Below are positions 1 through 7,640 of a DNA stretch of 39,927 bases, piece after piece. The translations under genes and the position numbers were made by a program. The stretch covers positions 1 through 39,927 of the IMG/VR virus record IMGVR_UViG_3300045988_053524; one strand, 5' to 3'. This stretch comes from a virus. Below the pieces are notes generated by a model. The model saw nothing but the letters and a program-made list of their open reading frames with translations, had not been told where the DNA came from and did no database searches. Position 1 is the stretch's first letter; each line of letters opens with the position of its first letter.

Positions 1-51
1 ACTTATATAAGATATGCCAAAAGAACGGAATATCAGTCGATACACAAAACC
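1..51. repeat. Terminal overlap identical to 39877..39927, indicating circular closure of the sequence
   Basis: Direct comparison: acttatataagatatgccaaaagaacggaatatcagtcgatacacaaaacc occurs at both window ends. Confidence 0.95.
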
Positions 52-1430
52 GCAACCCGTCGCGCTTGTCCCGTATGCCGGGCTTCGAGCGAAACGGACA
101 AAAGCAATTTCTTGTCGATACCAATATCGGAAAAAGGAATTGGGAGGAATGGTATCAGTACATCGAGGACTTGAACGATGACTTACCTGATCCGGAAGGG
201 CTGGTCGATAGTTGGGACAATCTTCCAGAGCTAGCCCCTGAATTGATTGAAGGCGTCCTAAGACAAGGCCATAAAATGCTTATAGCTGGGCCATCGAAGG
301 CCGGGAAGTCGTTTAGCTTAATTGAAATGTCTATCGCAATCGCAGAAGGCAAGAAATGGCTTGAATGGAACTGTACGCAAGGAAAAGTTTTATACGTCAA
401 TCTTGAGCTAGATCGTGCTTCATGTTTGCACCGCTTCCGCGACGTTTACGAGGCTATGGGATTGCAAGCGAACAACCTACAAAATATTGATATCTGGAAT
501 CTCCGCGGTAAGACAGTACCGATGGATAAGCTAGCTCCGAAATTAATTCGCCGATCGCTTAAAAAGAATTATATCGCGGTTATCATCGATCCAATTTATA
601 AAGTCTTAACTGGTGACGAAAACAGCGCGGACCAGATGGCACACTTTACCAATCAATTCGACAAAGTAGCGACAGAGCTCGGGTGCTCGGTGATTTATTG
701 CCATCACCACTCTAAAGGTTCTCAAGGTGGCAAGAAGTCCATGGACCGTGCTAGTGGTTCGGGAGTGTTTGCTCGAGATCCGGACGCGTTGATTGACTTA
801 GTGGAATTAGAAGTCACGGAAGAATTATACACGCAACGGATCAATCATACGGCTTGCAGAATTTACAAAGAAGCCTTACAAGAAAAGAATAATACATATT
901 ATCAACAATACGTCAGTCTTGACGATTTATATAACGCTAGCAGCATGAGAGCACACTTTGAAAAGGGAATTCAAGACGTGCTAGAACGTGCTCCATACGT
1001 TGATAAAATCAACGACACGCGTCGAGCGATTGAAATATCGACAGCGTGGCGCGTTGAAGGTACGCTTCGAGAGTTCGCGAAGTTTAAACCAGTGAATATG
1101 TGGTTCTCTTATCCAGTGCATTTCTTAGACGATTCCGGAATTCTTGCAGATATCCAGCTTGAGGAAACGACTCCTAATTGGAAAAAGAATTTAGATAGTC
1201 AAAAAGCTAACGAGAAGAAAAAGAAGTCCGCTGATGAAAAATTTACGACGGCTATGGATGTATTATTTGACGGAATCAACCCCGTTGAATTGAGTGAAAT
1301 TGTGGAATATTTTTCAACTGAAGATAGACCAGTTAGCGAAAAAACAATCCGAAGATGGGTAAAAAATAATGGTGATTTTGAAGTCAAAAATAATCAAATT
1401 TTACCTAAAAATGAGTCAGGGACAAATTAG
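3..1430 (+). CDS. C-terminal part of the primase-polymerase/helicase replication protein (RepA/AAA_25-like ATPase domain); same gene as 39021..39927, about 761 aa once joined
   Basis: The frame of 39021..39927 continues without a stop into codons starting at nt 3 and runs through the listed ORF 66..1430. Walker A-like LIAGPSKAGKSF and Walker B-like AVIIDPIYK are present. Stop TAG at 1428..1430. Confidence 0.8.
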   Translation, partial: LYKICQKNGISVDTQNRNPSRLSRMPGFERNGQKQFLVDTNIGKRNWEEWYQYIEDLNDDLPDPEGLVDSWDNLPELAPELIEGVLRQGHKMLIAGPSKAGKSFSLIEMSIAIAEGKKWLEWNCTQGKVLYVNLELDRASCLHRFRDVYEAMGLQANNLQNIDIWNLRGKTVPMDKLAPKLIRRSLKKNYIAVIIDPIYKVLTGDENSADQMAHFTNQFDKVATELGCSVIYCHHHSKGSQGGKKSMDRASGSGVFARDPDALIDLVELEVTEELYTQRINHTACRIYKEALQEKNNTYYQQYVSLDDLYNASSMRAHFEKGIQDVLERAPYVDKINDTRRAIEISTAWRVEGTLREFAKFKPVNMWFSYPVHFLDDSGILADIQLEETTPNWKKNLDSQKANEKKKKSADEKFTTAMDVLFDGINPVELSEIVEYFSTEDRPVSEKTIRRWVKNNGDFEVKNNQILPKNESGTN

Positions 1431-1760
1431 GGACAAGGACAAACCCGAGGGACAAACCCGAAAATGTCCTTCGGGAATGTCCCTGGCTCTCAAGGACAAA
1501 CCCGAGAATGTCCCTATGTCCCTAGAGTGTCAATAAGGACAAGGACAAACCCGAAAATGTCCCTAAGAAATCGCGCAACCATGCGGGATTGAGGCTCTAG
1601 GGACAAACCCGAGAAACTCAGGGACAAAACCAGGGACAGAATATCTCCCTCTGTGAGGAGAGATATTTAGGAAAATGTCCCTGAGGTCCAAGGGGAACAT
1701 GAACAGGAACAAGGGGGCTATGTATCCGCCCCTTGTAACCCTGTAACCATGTCCCCTAAC
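1419..1760. repeat. Iteron array, putative phage origin of replication
   Basis: The 21-bp unit GGACAAACCCGA(A/G)AATGTCC(C/T) occurs at 1450..1470, 1494..1514 and 1543..1563. Half units GGACAAACCCGA occur at 1437..1448 and 1601..1612. Extra GGGACA/TGTCCC half-sites lie at 1476..1483, 1516..1522, 1621..1640, 1674..1681 and 1749..1755. Inverted repeats lie at 1641..1666 and 1710..1735, and TGTAACC occurs twice at 1734..1748. The array is non-coding and sits directly 3' of the replication gene. Confidence 0.7.
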
Positions 1761-1784
1761 TTGGACTTAGCGCGAGAGCGTGGT

Positions 1785-1836
1785 AAGTAAAAAGAAAAAG
1801 TAAAAAGAAAGTGCAAAAGTAAAAAGGTAAAAAGTT
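1785..1836. other. Phased A-tract block (GTAAAAAG-type repeats), likely bent or easily unwound DNA next to the iterons
   Basis: GTAAAAAG occurs at 1787, 1800, 1819 and 1827, with GCAAAAG at 1813. The block is purine/A-rich and non-coding. Confidence 0.5.
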
Positions 1837-2082
1837 ATGGCACGAAAGAAAAAAAGATATTCGGTAAATTTGGATATTGGTAAACAAATGCCTCCACTTT
1901 ATCACACGTTACCCGGTCAAGATTTTTGGTATTCAGATTCAGAGGTTTTGAAATGGATCGCGAATCAGCCAATTCTCTTAAATTGGGTAAAAGACCAACT
2001 TAAAACAGCGGGATATATTACTTATGACGCAACGACCGGAAAATGGACCGGAATCGATTATAGAAATGAGGATGGAAGATGA
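1837..2082 (+). CDS. Hypothetical early protein (81 aa)
   Basis: ORF with an ATG start. Its stop overlaps the next start (ATGA at 2079..2082). Confidence 0.6.
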   Translation: MARKKKRYSVNLDIGKQMPPLYHTLPGQDFWYSDSEVLKWIANQPILLNWVKDQLKTAGYITYDATTGKWTGIDYRNEDGR

Positions 2083-2246
2083 AAGTAAAATTTTTTAAGT
2101 CGAACGTGAGATTCTTTTCACAATTTGAAACGGAAGTCAATCTTTTTTTGGAATGGCTAGAAAAAGAGAAAAAAGTTTGGGTTAATACCGAGATCAAAAC
2201 TTTAGGTGAAGATGTCATGATATTTGTATTTTACGAGGACGAATAA
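2079..2246 (+). CDS. Small hypothetical protein (55 aa), possibly Cse60-like
   Basis: Hand-translated as MKVKFFKSNVRFFSQFETEVNLFLEWLEKEKKVWVNTEIKTLGEDVMIFVFYEDE. It is below the ORF-track cutoff, fills the gap exactly and has an ATGA overlap upstream. The next ATG lies 2 nt after its stop. Confidence 0.5.
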   Translation: MKVKFFKSNVRFFSQFETEVNLFLEWLEKEKKVWVNTEIKTLGEDVMIFVFYEDE

Positions 2247-2247
2247 T

Positions 2248-2667
2248 ATGATTGAATTCTTTTTACCGATGGAAAAAATTCCGACGACAACTCACCAGCA
2301 GAAAAAGGTAAACGTCCGAAATGGTAAGCCGGTATTTTATGAACCGGTGGAACTGCAAAATGCAAGAGCAAAATTTGAAAGTCTTCTATCGCGACACGTC
2401 CCCCCGGATAAAATACAAGGCGCGGTTCGTCTAACCGTCAAGTGGTGCTTCCCGATGATAAAAGGAACATACGACGGGCAATATAAAACGACGAAACCGG
2501 ACACGGACAACCTTCAAAAGCTATTTAAAGATTGCATGACGAAAGTCGGGTATTGGAACGACGACGCTCAAGTGGCTAGTGAAATTTCTGAAAAGTTCTG
2601 GGCGAAGATTGTCGGGATCTATGTAAAAGTGGAGGAATGGAACGATGAATTATATACATTTCTTTAG
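2248..2667 (+). CDS. rusA: RusA-family Holliday junction resolvase
   Basis: The KPDTDNLQKLFKDCM...WNDDAQV motif block is typical of RusA. The size fits at 139 aa from ATG 2248. The listed TTG start at 2224 overlaps the preceding small ORF and was not used. Confidence 0.7.
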   Translation: MIEFFLPMEKIPTTTHQQKKVNVRNGKPVFYEPVELQNARAKFESLLSRHVPPDKIQGAVRLTVKWCFPMIKGTYDGQYKTTKPDTDNLQKLFKDCMTKVGYWNDDAQVASEISEKFWAKIVGIYVKVEEWNDELYTFL

Positions 2668-2866
2668 CGTGGAAGTCCCGGAGTGGATGGCTAGAAGTAA
2701 CCAGATGGCACAACTAGTCGGATTCGGTTCGGATCGATATTGGCATTGGGTGGCGTCCTCGATTGCTGAAATTTGTAAAAAGTACAATGATAACGATTTA
2801 GTCGTGCAGCAATTCGGGCTCTTGTTTGAATGGTTAGAAGCTCAAGCGGAAGGAGCGAAAGCATGA
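2645..2866 (+). CDS. Hypothetical protein (73 aa)
   Basis: ORF with a GGAGGAA RBS about 7 nt upstream of ATG 2645. It overlaps both neighbours. Confidence 0.55.
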   Translation: MNYIHFFSVEVPEWMARSNQMAQLVGFGSDRYWHWVASSIAEICKKYNDNDLVVQQFGLLFEWLEAQAEGAKA

Positions 2867-3090
2867 AAGAAAAAACTTATTTTGAAATTTTGGAAGAAAT
2901 GGAAGGGCAAAAAGATAGCGAACATGAAAAGCGGATTGAAATCGGCGAAAAATGTTTGGACGCCATAAAATCATTGGAAAACAGAAACGAAATAATATCT
3001 GTTAATCATTTAGTCAGATTCAACGGTAAAGAATATGATATCTGCATTTCCGAATGGAAAGGAAAAAAAGATGGAATACGTGAAATATGA
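2863..3090 (+). CDS. Hypothetical protein (75 aa)
   Basis: ATG 2863 follows the RBS GGAAGGAG and forms an ATGA overlap with the upstream stop. The alternative ATG at 2830 lacks an RBS. Confidence 0.55.
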   Translation: MKEKTYFEILEEMEGQKDSEHEKRIEIGEKCLDAIKSLENRNEIISVNHLVRFNGKEYDICISEWKGKKDGIREI

Positions 3091-3586
3091 CAACGAGCAG
3101 AAAAAACGCTTGCGGGAAAATCTGAAAAAATTCACAGAGGAACGAGGGCTCGAGAAAAAAGAATTGGCAGACCAGCTCGGGTGGGCGTACAATACAATTC
3201 TTTCATGGTTTAGAGGCTCACGCTTACCGAGCCAATTCGGAATCGAAACTCTTTGTGATTTTTTTAAGGTGACTGACGTCGAATTGTTGGGCTCACCGAT
3301 GAAAGTCCGTACTTTTGCATATTACCGAAAAGACGTACTGACTTCAGTCGGGACTTTGCAAGAAATTGCAGATGAAACGGGAGCGAATATTCGGACGTTG
3401 AGAAGCTTGATTGCTACAACGAAAAATAAAAAGAAGACATGGGGGACCTATATCATAGAGATTGAAGATGAAACGCGGTATATAGTCGAGTTTAAACAGA
3501 CGTTTACAATCGATGAAATAAAAGCAAAAAATCTCGAATGGTTACTGGATAACCCGATAGTTGAATTAAAGGAAGTGACGGAATGA
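3071..3586 (+). CDS. XRE-family HTH domain protein with an unassigned C-terminal domain
   Basis: The N-terminus LRENLKKFTEERGLEKKELADQLGWAYNTILSWFRGSRLPSQFGIETLCDFFKVTDVELLG matches the HTH_3 pattern. ATG 3071 follows GGAAAGGAAAAAAAG. Confidence 0.65.
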   Translation: MEYVKYDNEQKKRLRENLKKFTEERGLEKKELADQLGWAYNTILSWFRGSRLPSQFGIETLCDFFKVTDVELLGSPMKVRTFAYYRKDVLTSVGTLQEIADETGANIRTLRSLIATTKNKKKTWGTYIIEIEDETRYIVEFKQTFTIDEIKAKNLEWLLDNPIVELKEVTE

Positions 3587-4077
3587 ATAAACAAGAATTA
3601 ATAAAACATTTTGAGGAAATGGAATATGTATCTATCAGTCAAATGGGAAAGAAAAGTTTTATCGATATGATAGAACAACTAGACGAACCAGAAAAAGTCA
3701 CAATCCCGCAGTTAGTGGCGGATTGGATTGAGGAAGCTAGAAAATCTTGCAAAGACGTAGCAGACTTCTTCAATTTTGATTTCACAAATGAAGAAGTTGG
3801 TAAATGGTTTATCCAAGAACGACCGTTTGATTTAGCCGCTCGTGCATGGCTGGATGGCTACGAGGTCGAGAAAGAGAAGAGATATCGGGTAAAGGTGAAA
3901 GGCATTTGTGGAAATCACGAAACTTTGAATCGTGAAAAACATTCAAACAAATGGCTTTTCTCAGACCGGGAAGAAAACTCACTTTATGGCACACACCACA
4001 CCCGAAAAGAATTAGAAGATGCTGGTTTTAGTGAAGTGTTTAATAGTCCATTGTTTGAAATCGAGGAGGTGGAGTGA
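3583..4077 (+). CDS. Hypothetical early protein (164 aa; possibly DUF1642-like, unverified)
   Basis: ORF with an ATGA overlap to the upstream gene. The family assignment is from memory only. Confidence 0.55.
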   Translation: MNKQELIKHFEEMEYVSISQMGKKSFIDMIEQLDEPEKVTIPQLVADWIEEARKSCKDVADFFNFDFTNEEVGKWFIQERPFDLAARAWLDGYEVEKEKRYRVKVKGICGNHETLNREKHSNKWLFSDREENSLYGTHHTRKELEDAGFSEVFNSPLFEIEEVE

Positions 4078-4364
4078 TGGTACAAACCATTGAACAAGCA
4101 ATAAAAACTGAAAACAAACGCATAAAAATCCCTGCGAAAATCAGACCGTTTGATGTGGGTTATAGAATAGTAAATAAACACGGTCAAGCGCTTGCCTTAA
4201 AAAATGGAGCAAGTATATTCGCTTTACCATCGCTTGCTGAAAAAGCGATAAAGAAAGAGTTTGGGAAAAATGATCCAGACTTTGACATTAAGAAGCATTC
4301 TGTTGAAGAGGTTGCTATTATCAATTTAAGTAAATTTCATAGTTATTTTGAGGAGGTTGAGTGA
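4077..4364 (+). CDS. Hypothetical protein (95 aa)
   Basis: ORF with the junction GAGGAGGTGGAGTGATG (RBS plus a TGATG stop/start overlap). Confidence 0.55.
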   Translation: MVQTIEQAIKTENKRIKIPAKIRPFDVGYRIVNKHGQALALKNGASIFALPSLAEKAIKKEFGKNDPDFDIKKHSVEEVAIINLSKFHSYFEEVE

Positions 4365-4624
4365 TGATTATCAAGAATTACAAATATGATTATTCAGCTG
4401 GCAGAATCTACTACACAATTGGTGTTGATGGCTATGAATTAGCCGTGGAACATACTAAGACAGAATATGGAAGTGTCCAAAGAGATGATATTGATGATTT
4501 CTTGGGTACAGTCGAGGAATACGATTTTCAAGAAGCTGAGATGATTGAAGCATTCGTTGACTTTCAAAATGATTTGCTCTTGTATGGAATTCATTTTGAA
4601 TTGAGAAATGAGGTCACAGAATGA
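4364..4624 (+). CDS. Hypothetical protein (86 aa)
   Basis: ORF with the near-identical junction GAGGAGGTTGAGTGATG. Confidence 0.55.
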   Translation: MIIKNYKYDYSAGRIYYTIGVDGYELAVEHTKTEYGSVQRDDIDDFLGTVEEYDFQEAEMIEAFVDFQNDLLLYGIHFELRNEVTE

Positions 4625-4758
4625 AAGAAGAAACGGAACTAGAATACTACGAGCGTATGCGTGATGAGTTACCGAAACACCCGACACCTTTGTTAAGTCA
4701 TGCAATGGCTTATGTAAACCTTAGAATTATGCACTTGAAAAAGGAGGTTACTGAATGA
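4621..4758 (+). CDS. Small hypothetical protein (45 aa)
   Basis: Hand-translated as MKEETELEYYERMRDELPKHPTPLLSHAMAYVNLRIMHLKKEVTE. It has ATGA overlaps at both ends and fills the gap exactly. Confidence 0.45.
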   Translation: MKEETELEYYERMRDELPKHPTPLLSHAMAYVNLRIMHLKKEVTE

Positions 4759-4994
4759 AACGCTTTTTAATCGGCTATGCCTTACTTACTACTTGCTTGT
4801 TATTCATGCAACGCAGTCAGCTAGATAAACCCTTGCTAGTCTATCATGCTGATAGTAAATATCAGATCACTGGTAAGGTTACAGAAAAACGAAAAATCGG
4901 AAATCTATTTACTATTACGGTTGACGGTAACGTGTTTGTGGTGAGTGAAGATAAATTTGAAGAAATAAAAATCGGGGATGAGGTGAAATTTTGA
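4755..4994 (+). CDS. Small protein with an N-terminal hydrophobic signal/anchor segment (79 aa)
   Basis: The N-terminus is MKRFLIGYALLTTCLLFM. The RBS AAGGAGG lies upstream. Confidence 0.55.
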   Translation: MKRFLIGYALLTTCLLFMQRSQLDKPLLVYHADSKYQITGKVTEKRKIGNLFTITVDGNVFVVSEDKFEEIKIGDEVKF

Positions 4995-5152
4995 AAGTTT
5001 GGATTGTGAGAAAATATTTGAAGACTACAAGAATGGAATATAATCGAACGTCGCCATTTGAAGAAGTTGAATTTCAAACGAAAAAAGAAGCGATTGCTTA
5101 TAGAGAAGAACAAAAGAAAGGCGTCTTCGATATCTATCAAAAAGAATTTTAA
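4991..5152 (+). CDS. Small hypothetical protein (53 aa, TTG start)
   Basis: Hand-translated as (M)KVWIVRKYLKTTRMEYNRTSPFEEVEFQTKKEAIAYREEQKKGVFDIYQKEF. The RBS GAGGTGA lies 6 nt upstream, and the start overlaps the upstream stop. Confidence 0.4.
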   Translation: MKVWIVRKYLKTTRMEYNRTSPFEEVEFQTKKEAIAYREEQKKGVFDIYQKEF

Positions 5153-5172
5153 AAAGCTATCAGGCTAGAAAG

Positions 5173-5607
5173 GTGGGAAGTTTGAGAATTGAAACACGAT
5201 ACGGATATTTAATAGACGCGCTTAGACGCTATCCCTTCGATAAAGAAATAAAAGAACGTATCGAAGAAATTACTTTCCCGTATCAAAATTTTGACGAAAA
5301 CTGGTATATCAAAAGTAAGACCGCAAAGAATACTCCCGAAGCCTTGAAAAATGTCATTATGAAAGAAAATGATCCAGAATTGATTCGACTCTATACGCTA
5401 GCACAAGCGATTGAAGAATACAAGGCGGAGTGCGGGGCTACAAATTGGGAAGCAATCAAGGCTCTTTATGTGACGCGAACAAAGAACGTTGAAGGAGTGG
5501 CACTCGAACTCTTTATGTCGAAAAATTCGGTATATAGGCACGTTATCAAGCCGTTCTTTGAAGGACTAGAAAAGAAATATACAAGTATTTTTTTAAAAAG
5601 TCGCTAA
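5173..5607 (+). CDS. ArpU-like late-gene transcriptional regulator (sigma region-4-like C-terminus)
   Basis: About 140 aa. It is the last gene before the packaging module. The C-terminal NVEGVALELFMSKNSVYRHVIKPF looks HTH-like. The start may instead be TTG 5182, which follows AAGGTGG. Confidence 0.5.
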   Translation: MGSLRIETRYGYLIDALRRYPFDKEIKERIEEITFPYQNFDENWYIKSKTAKNTPEALKNVIMKENDPELIRLYTLAQAIEEYKAECGATNWEAIKALYVTRTKNVEGVALELFMSKNSVYRHVIKPFFEGLEKKYTSIFLKSR

Positions 5608-5634
5608 AAGTTGGGAAAAGTGCACGAAAAAAGG

Positions 5635-5643
5635 TGATAAAAT
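5635..5643 (+). promoter_or_regulatory. Candidate extended -10 promoter element (TGaTAAAAT) in front of the late operon
   Basis: TG at 5635-5636 and TAAAAT at 5638..5643. No good -35 at 17 nt spacing. Confidence 0.25.
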
Positions 5644-5708
5644 TGTATTATCAGGAGTAAAACGAAAAGAACTTTTTGAGGTGCAATAAAGCGCTTCTTA
5701 CCTACTCG

Positions 5709-5732
5709 ACAGCCCTTCCGGGGCTGTTTTTT
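5709..5732 (+). terminator. Intrinsic terminator hairpin immediately upstream of the first late gene
   Basis: The ACAGCCC/GGGCTGT stem has a 5-nt loop and is followed by TTTTTT. It ends 9 nt before ATG 5742. Confidence 0.65.
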
Positions 5733-5741
5733 GGTGCTTAT

Positions 5742-6794
5742 ATGAAAATTGAAACAATAAATATTGCTGACGTGGTGGAATACGAAAATAACGCGAAATT
5801 ACACCCGCAAGAACAAATTGAAAAAATAAAAAAATCAATACTCGAATTCGGGAATAACGATCCTATCGCAATAGATGAAAATAACGTCTTAATTGAAGGA
5901 CACGGAAGATTGAAAGCCTTAAAGCAGCTCGGATTTGATGAAGTGGAAGCTATTCGATTATCTCATTTGTCTGAAGAACAAAAGAAGGCTTATATCTTAG
6001 TGCATAATAAGCTGAATATCGACACGGGCTTCGACGTTGATTTGTTAAACTCGGAATTGGAAGATATCTTCACGGTTGACATGAGCGAATACGGGTTCGA
6101 GTTTTCGGAAGTGGACCTTAGTTTTTCGGATGATACGCAAAAAGAAGATGAAGGGGAATTTCATCGAGAAACAACAATTAATCAGTACAATCTCGATTTA
6201 TTCGAGCCTGGAAAAACTGAAGGGCATTTTGAAATGCCTATCCTTGAGCCGGTGGATCATATCCCTAAAAAGTTACAAGGGTTTAATTACGTTTTAAACA
6301 AGCCCGATTATGAAGCTGGAGTTCATTTCTTCTTGGACGATTATCAATTCGAGAGAATCTGGCAACGCCCGGAGTTTTATATTGAAAAATTAAGTCAATT
6401 TGATTGCGTACTTACGCCGGATTTTAGCTTGTATATCGATATGCCGGTTGCTATGCAAGTATGGAACGTTTACCGCTCGAGGTTAATCGGTCAAGTTATG
6501 CAACGTTACGGCTATACCGTGATTCCTACTGTATCTTGGGCGTATTCGGATAGCTTTTCATTTTGTTTTGACGGGTTGCCGGTAGGCGCTACACTTGCGA
6601 TTAGTACAATTGGAGTTAAACAAAATGAAGAACAATTGGAAATATGGCGCGATGGTATGAACGCTATGATCGAGCTATTGAAGCCTAAAAGATTATTGGT
6701 CTATGGTGGCGCGGTCGAATATGACTATGGAGATATTGAAGTACATTATTTCGAAAATGAAACGACAGAAAGGATGAAAAGATATGGAAGCTAA
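5742..6794 (+). CDS. ParB-like nuclease domain protein fused to a DUF4417-like domain
   Basis: The N-terminus NNAKLHPQEQIEKIKKSILEFGNNDPIAIDENNVLIEGHGRLKAL is ParBc-like. The C-terminus HFFLDDYQFERIWQRP...PDFSLY...WNVYRSRLIG...VIPTVSW fits the DUF4417 pattern as I recall it. ATG 5742 was chosen because the longer TTG 5676 form would contain the terminator hairpin. Confidence 0.6.
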   Translation: MKIETINIADVVEYENNAKLHPQEQIEKIKKSILEFGNNDPIAIDENNVLIEGHGRLKALKQLGFDEVEAIRLSHLSEEQKKAYILVHNKLNIDTGFDVDLLNSELEDIFTVDMSEYGFEFSEVDLSFSDDTQKEDEGEFHRETTINQYNLDLFEPGKTEGHFEMPILEPVDHIPKKLQGFNYVLNKPDYEAGVHFFLDDYQFERIWQRPEFYIEKLSQFDCVLTPDFSLYIDMPVAMQVWNVYRSRLIGQVMQRYGYTVIPTVSWAYSDSFSFCFDGLPVGATLAISTIGVKQNEEQLEIWRDGMNAMIELLKPKRLLVYGGAVEYDYGDIEVHYFENETTERMKRYGS

Positions 6795-7611
6795 AAGATT
6801 AAAAGAACTATTTGAAAAGTATCTAAACATGATAAATTTAGGGGACTATTATCTATATAGTGATCTGGAATTGTATCATGTAACGACTGGTGAATCGCGT
6901 TTTTTTGAAAACGTCGAAGAAGTGGTCGCAGATAAAGAAGTAAATGCCTTGCTTGATGGGATTCAGTTTAATATCTTTTCTGGGAGCCGTGGTGCGAGTT
7001 CTGGTAAAAGTGGAAAAGGTGGCAAGAGCGAATTAGGCGGAGGTTTTACGAGTGCAAAAGATGGACCGGATAAATCATATTCCGCGAATCCAGCGCCATT
7101 TAATTATGGTGGGAGAAGTCAAAACTTAGATTCAGTCGTCAGTAAATTTATAAACGATTACGGGAGCGCGAAACGTGAATATGCTGTATCAGTTGACGAT
7201 CAGGGTTTTGCTCATTCATACCGTATCGGAAACGCTCACAGCGTTAGTATAATAGCTGGGCCCGGGCATACAATTGTACACAATCACCCGGGCGGGGGGA
7301 ATTTTTCCAAAGCTGATCTTTTAAATACCGCTGGTTCAAACGGAAAAGGAATCATCGCAACGAATAAAGACAGTTATTATCATTTTGAGAAAACTCAAAA
7401 ATTCAACGCTAAAGGATTCACTAAAGCGGTAAATAATGCGAAATGGCCGAAAGAATTATCATACGACGAGGGCGCGGATTGGTGGCTTCGCAAAAACGCT
7501 GGCAAGTTTGGTTATAAATACGACAAGAAAAAACCGGGAATTGCGGGGACTCACGATTATACGAAATTAAGTGGAGGCGGTTATATTTCGCCGTCAAACT
7601 TACCATTCTAA
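6784..7611 (+). CDS. Hypothetical protein with a Gly/Ser-rich linker and a JAB/MPN(RadC)-like metal-binding motif
   Basis: REYAVSVDDQG...TIVHNHPGGGNFSKADL resembles the E...HxHx7Sx2D JAMM signature, but the H-to-S spacer is one residue short. It overlaps the upstream gene by 11 nt. Confidence 0.4.
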   Translation: MEAKRLKELFEKYLNMINLGDYYLYSDLELYHVTTGESRFFENVEEVVADKEVNALLDGIQFNIFSGSRGASSGKSGKGGKSELGGGFTSAKDGPDKSYSANPAPFNYGGRSQNLDSVVSKFINDYGSAKREYAVSVDDQGFAHSYRIGNAHSVSIIAGPGHTIVHNHPGGGNFSKADLLNTAGSNGKGIIATNKDSYYHFEKTQKFNAKGFTKAVNNAKWPKELSYDEGADWWLRKNAGKFGYKYDKKKPGIAGTHDYTKLSGGGYISPSNLPF

Positions 7612-7640
7612 AACAAATTAAACAGTAAGGAGGGGAGGCG

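Noticed and set aside
1431-1760. A short direct-repeat array that could be mistaken for a CRISPR array
   Set aside because: The repeat units are 12-21 bp with irregular, very short and partly repeat-derived spacing. They occur in both orientations, no cas genes are present, and the array abuts a replication initiator gene. An iteron-type origin is the better explanation.
5676-5741. An N-terminal TTG extension of the ParB-like ORF as listed in the ORF track
   Set aside because: The extension would be translated through an intrinsic terminator hairpin and has no RBS. The ParB-like homology starts right after ATG 5742.
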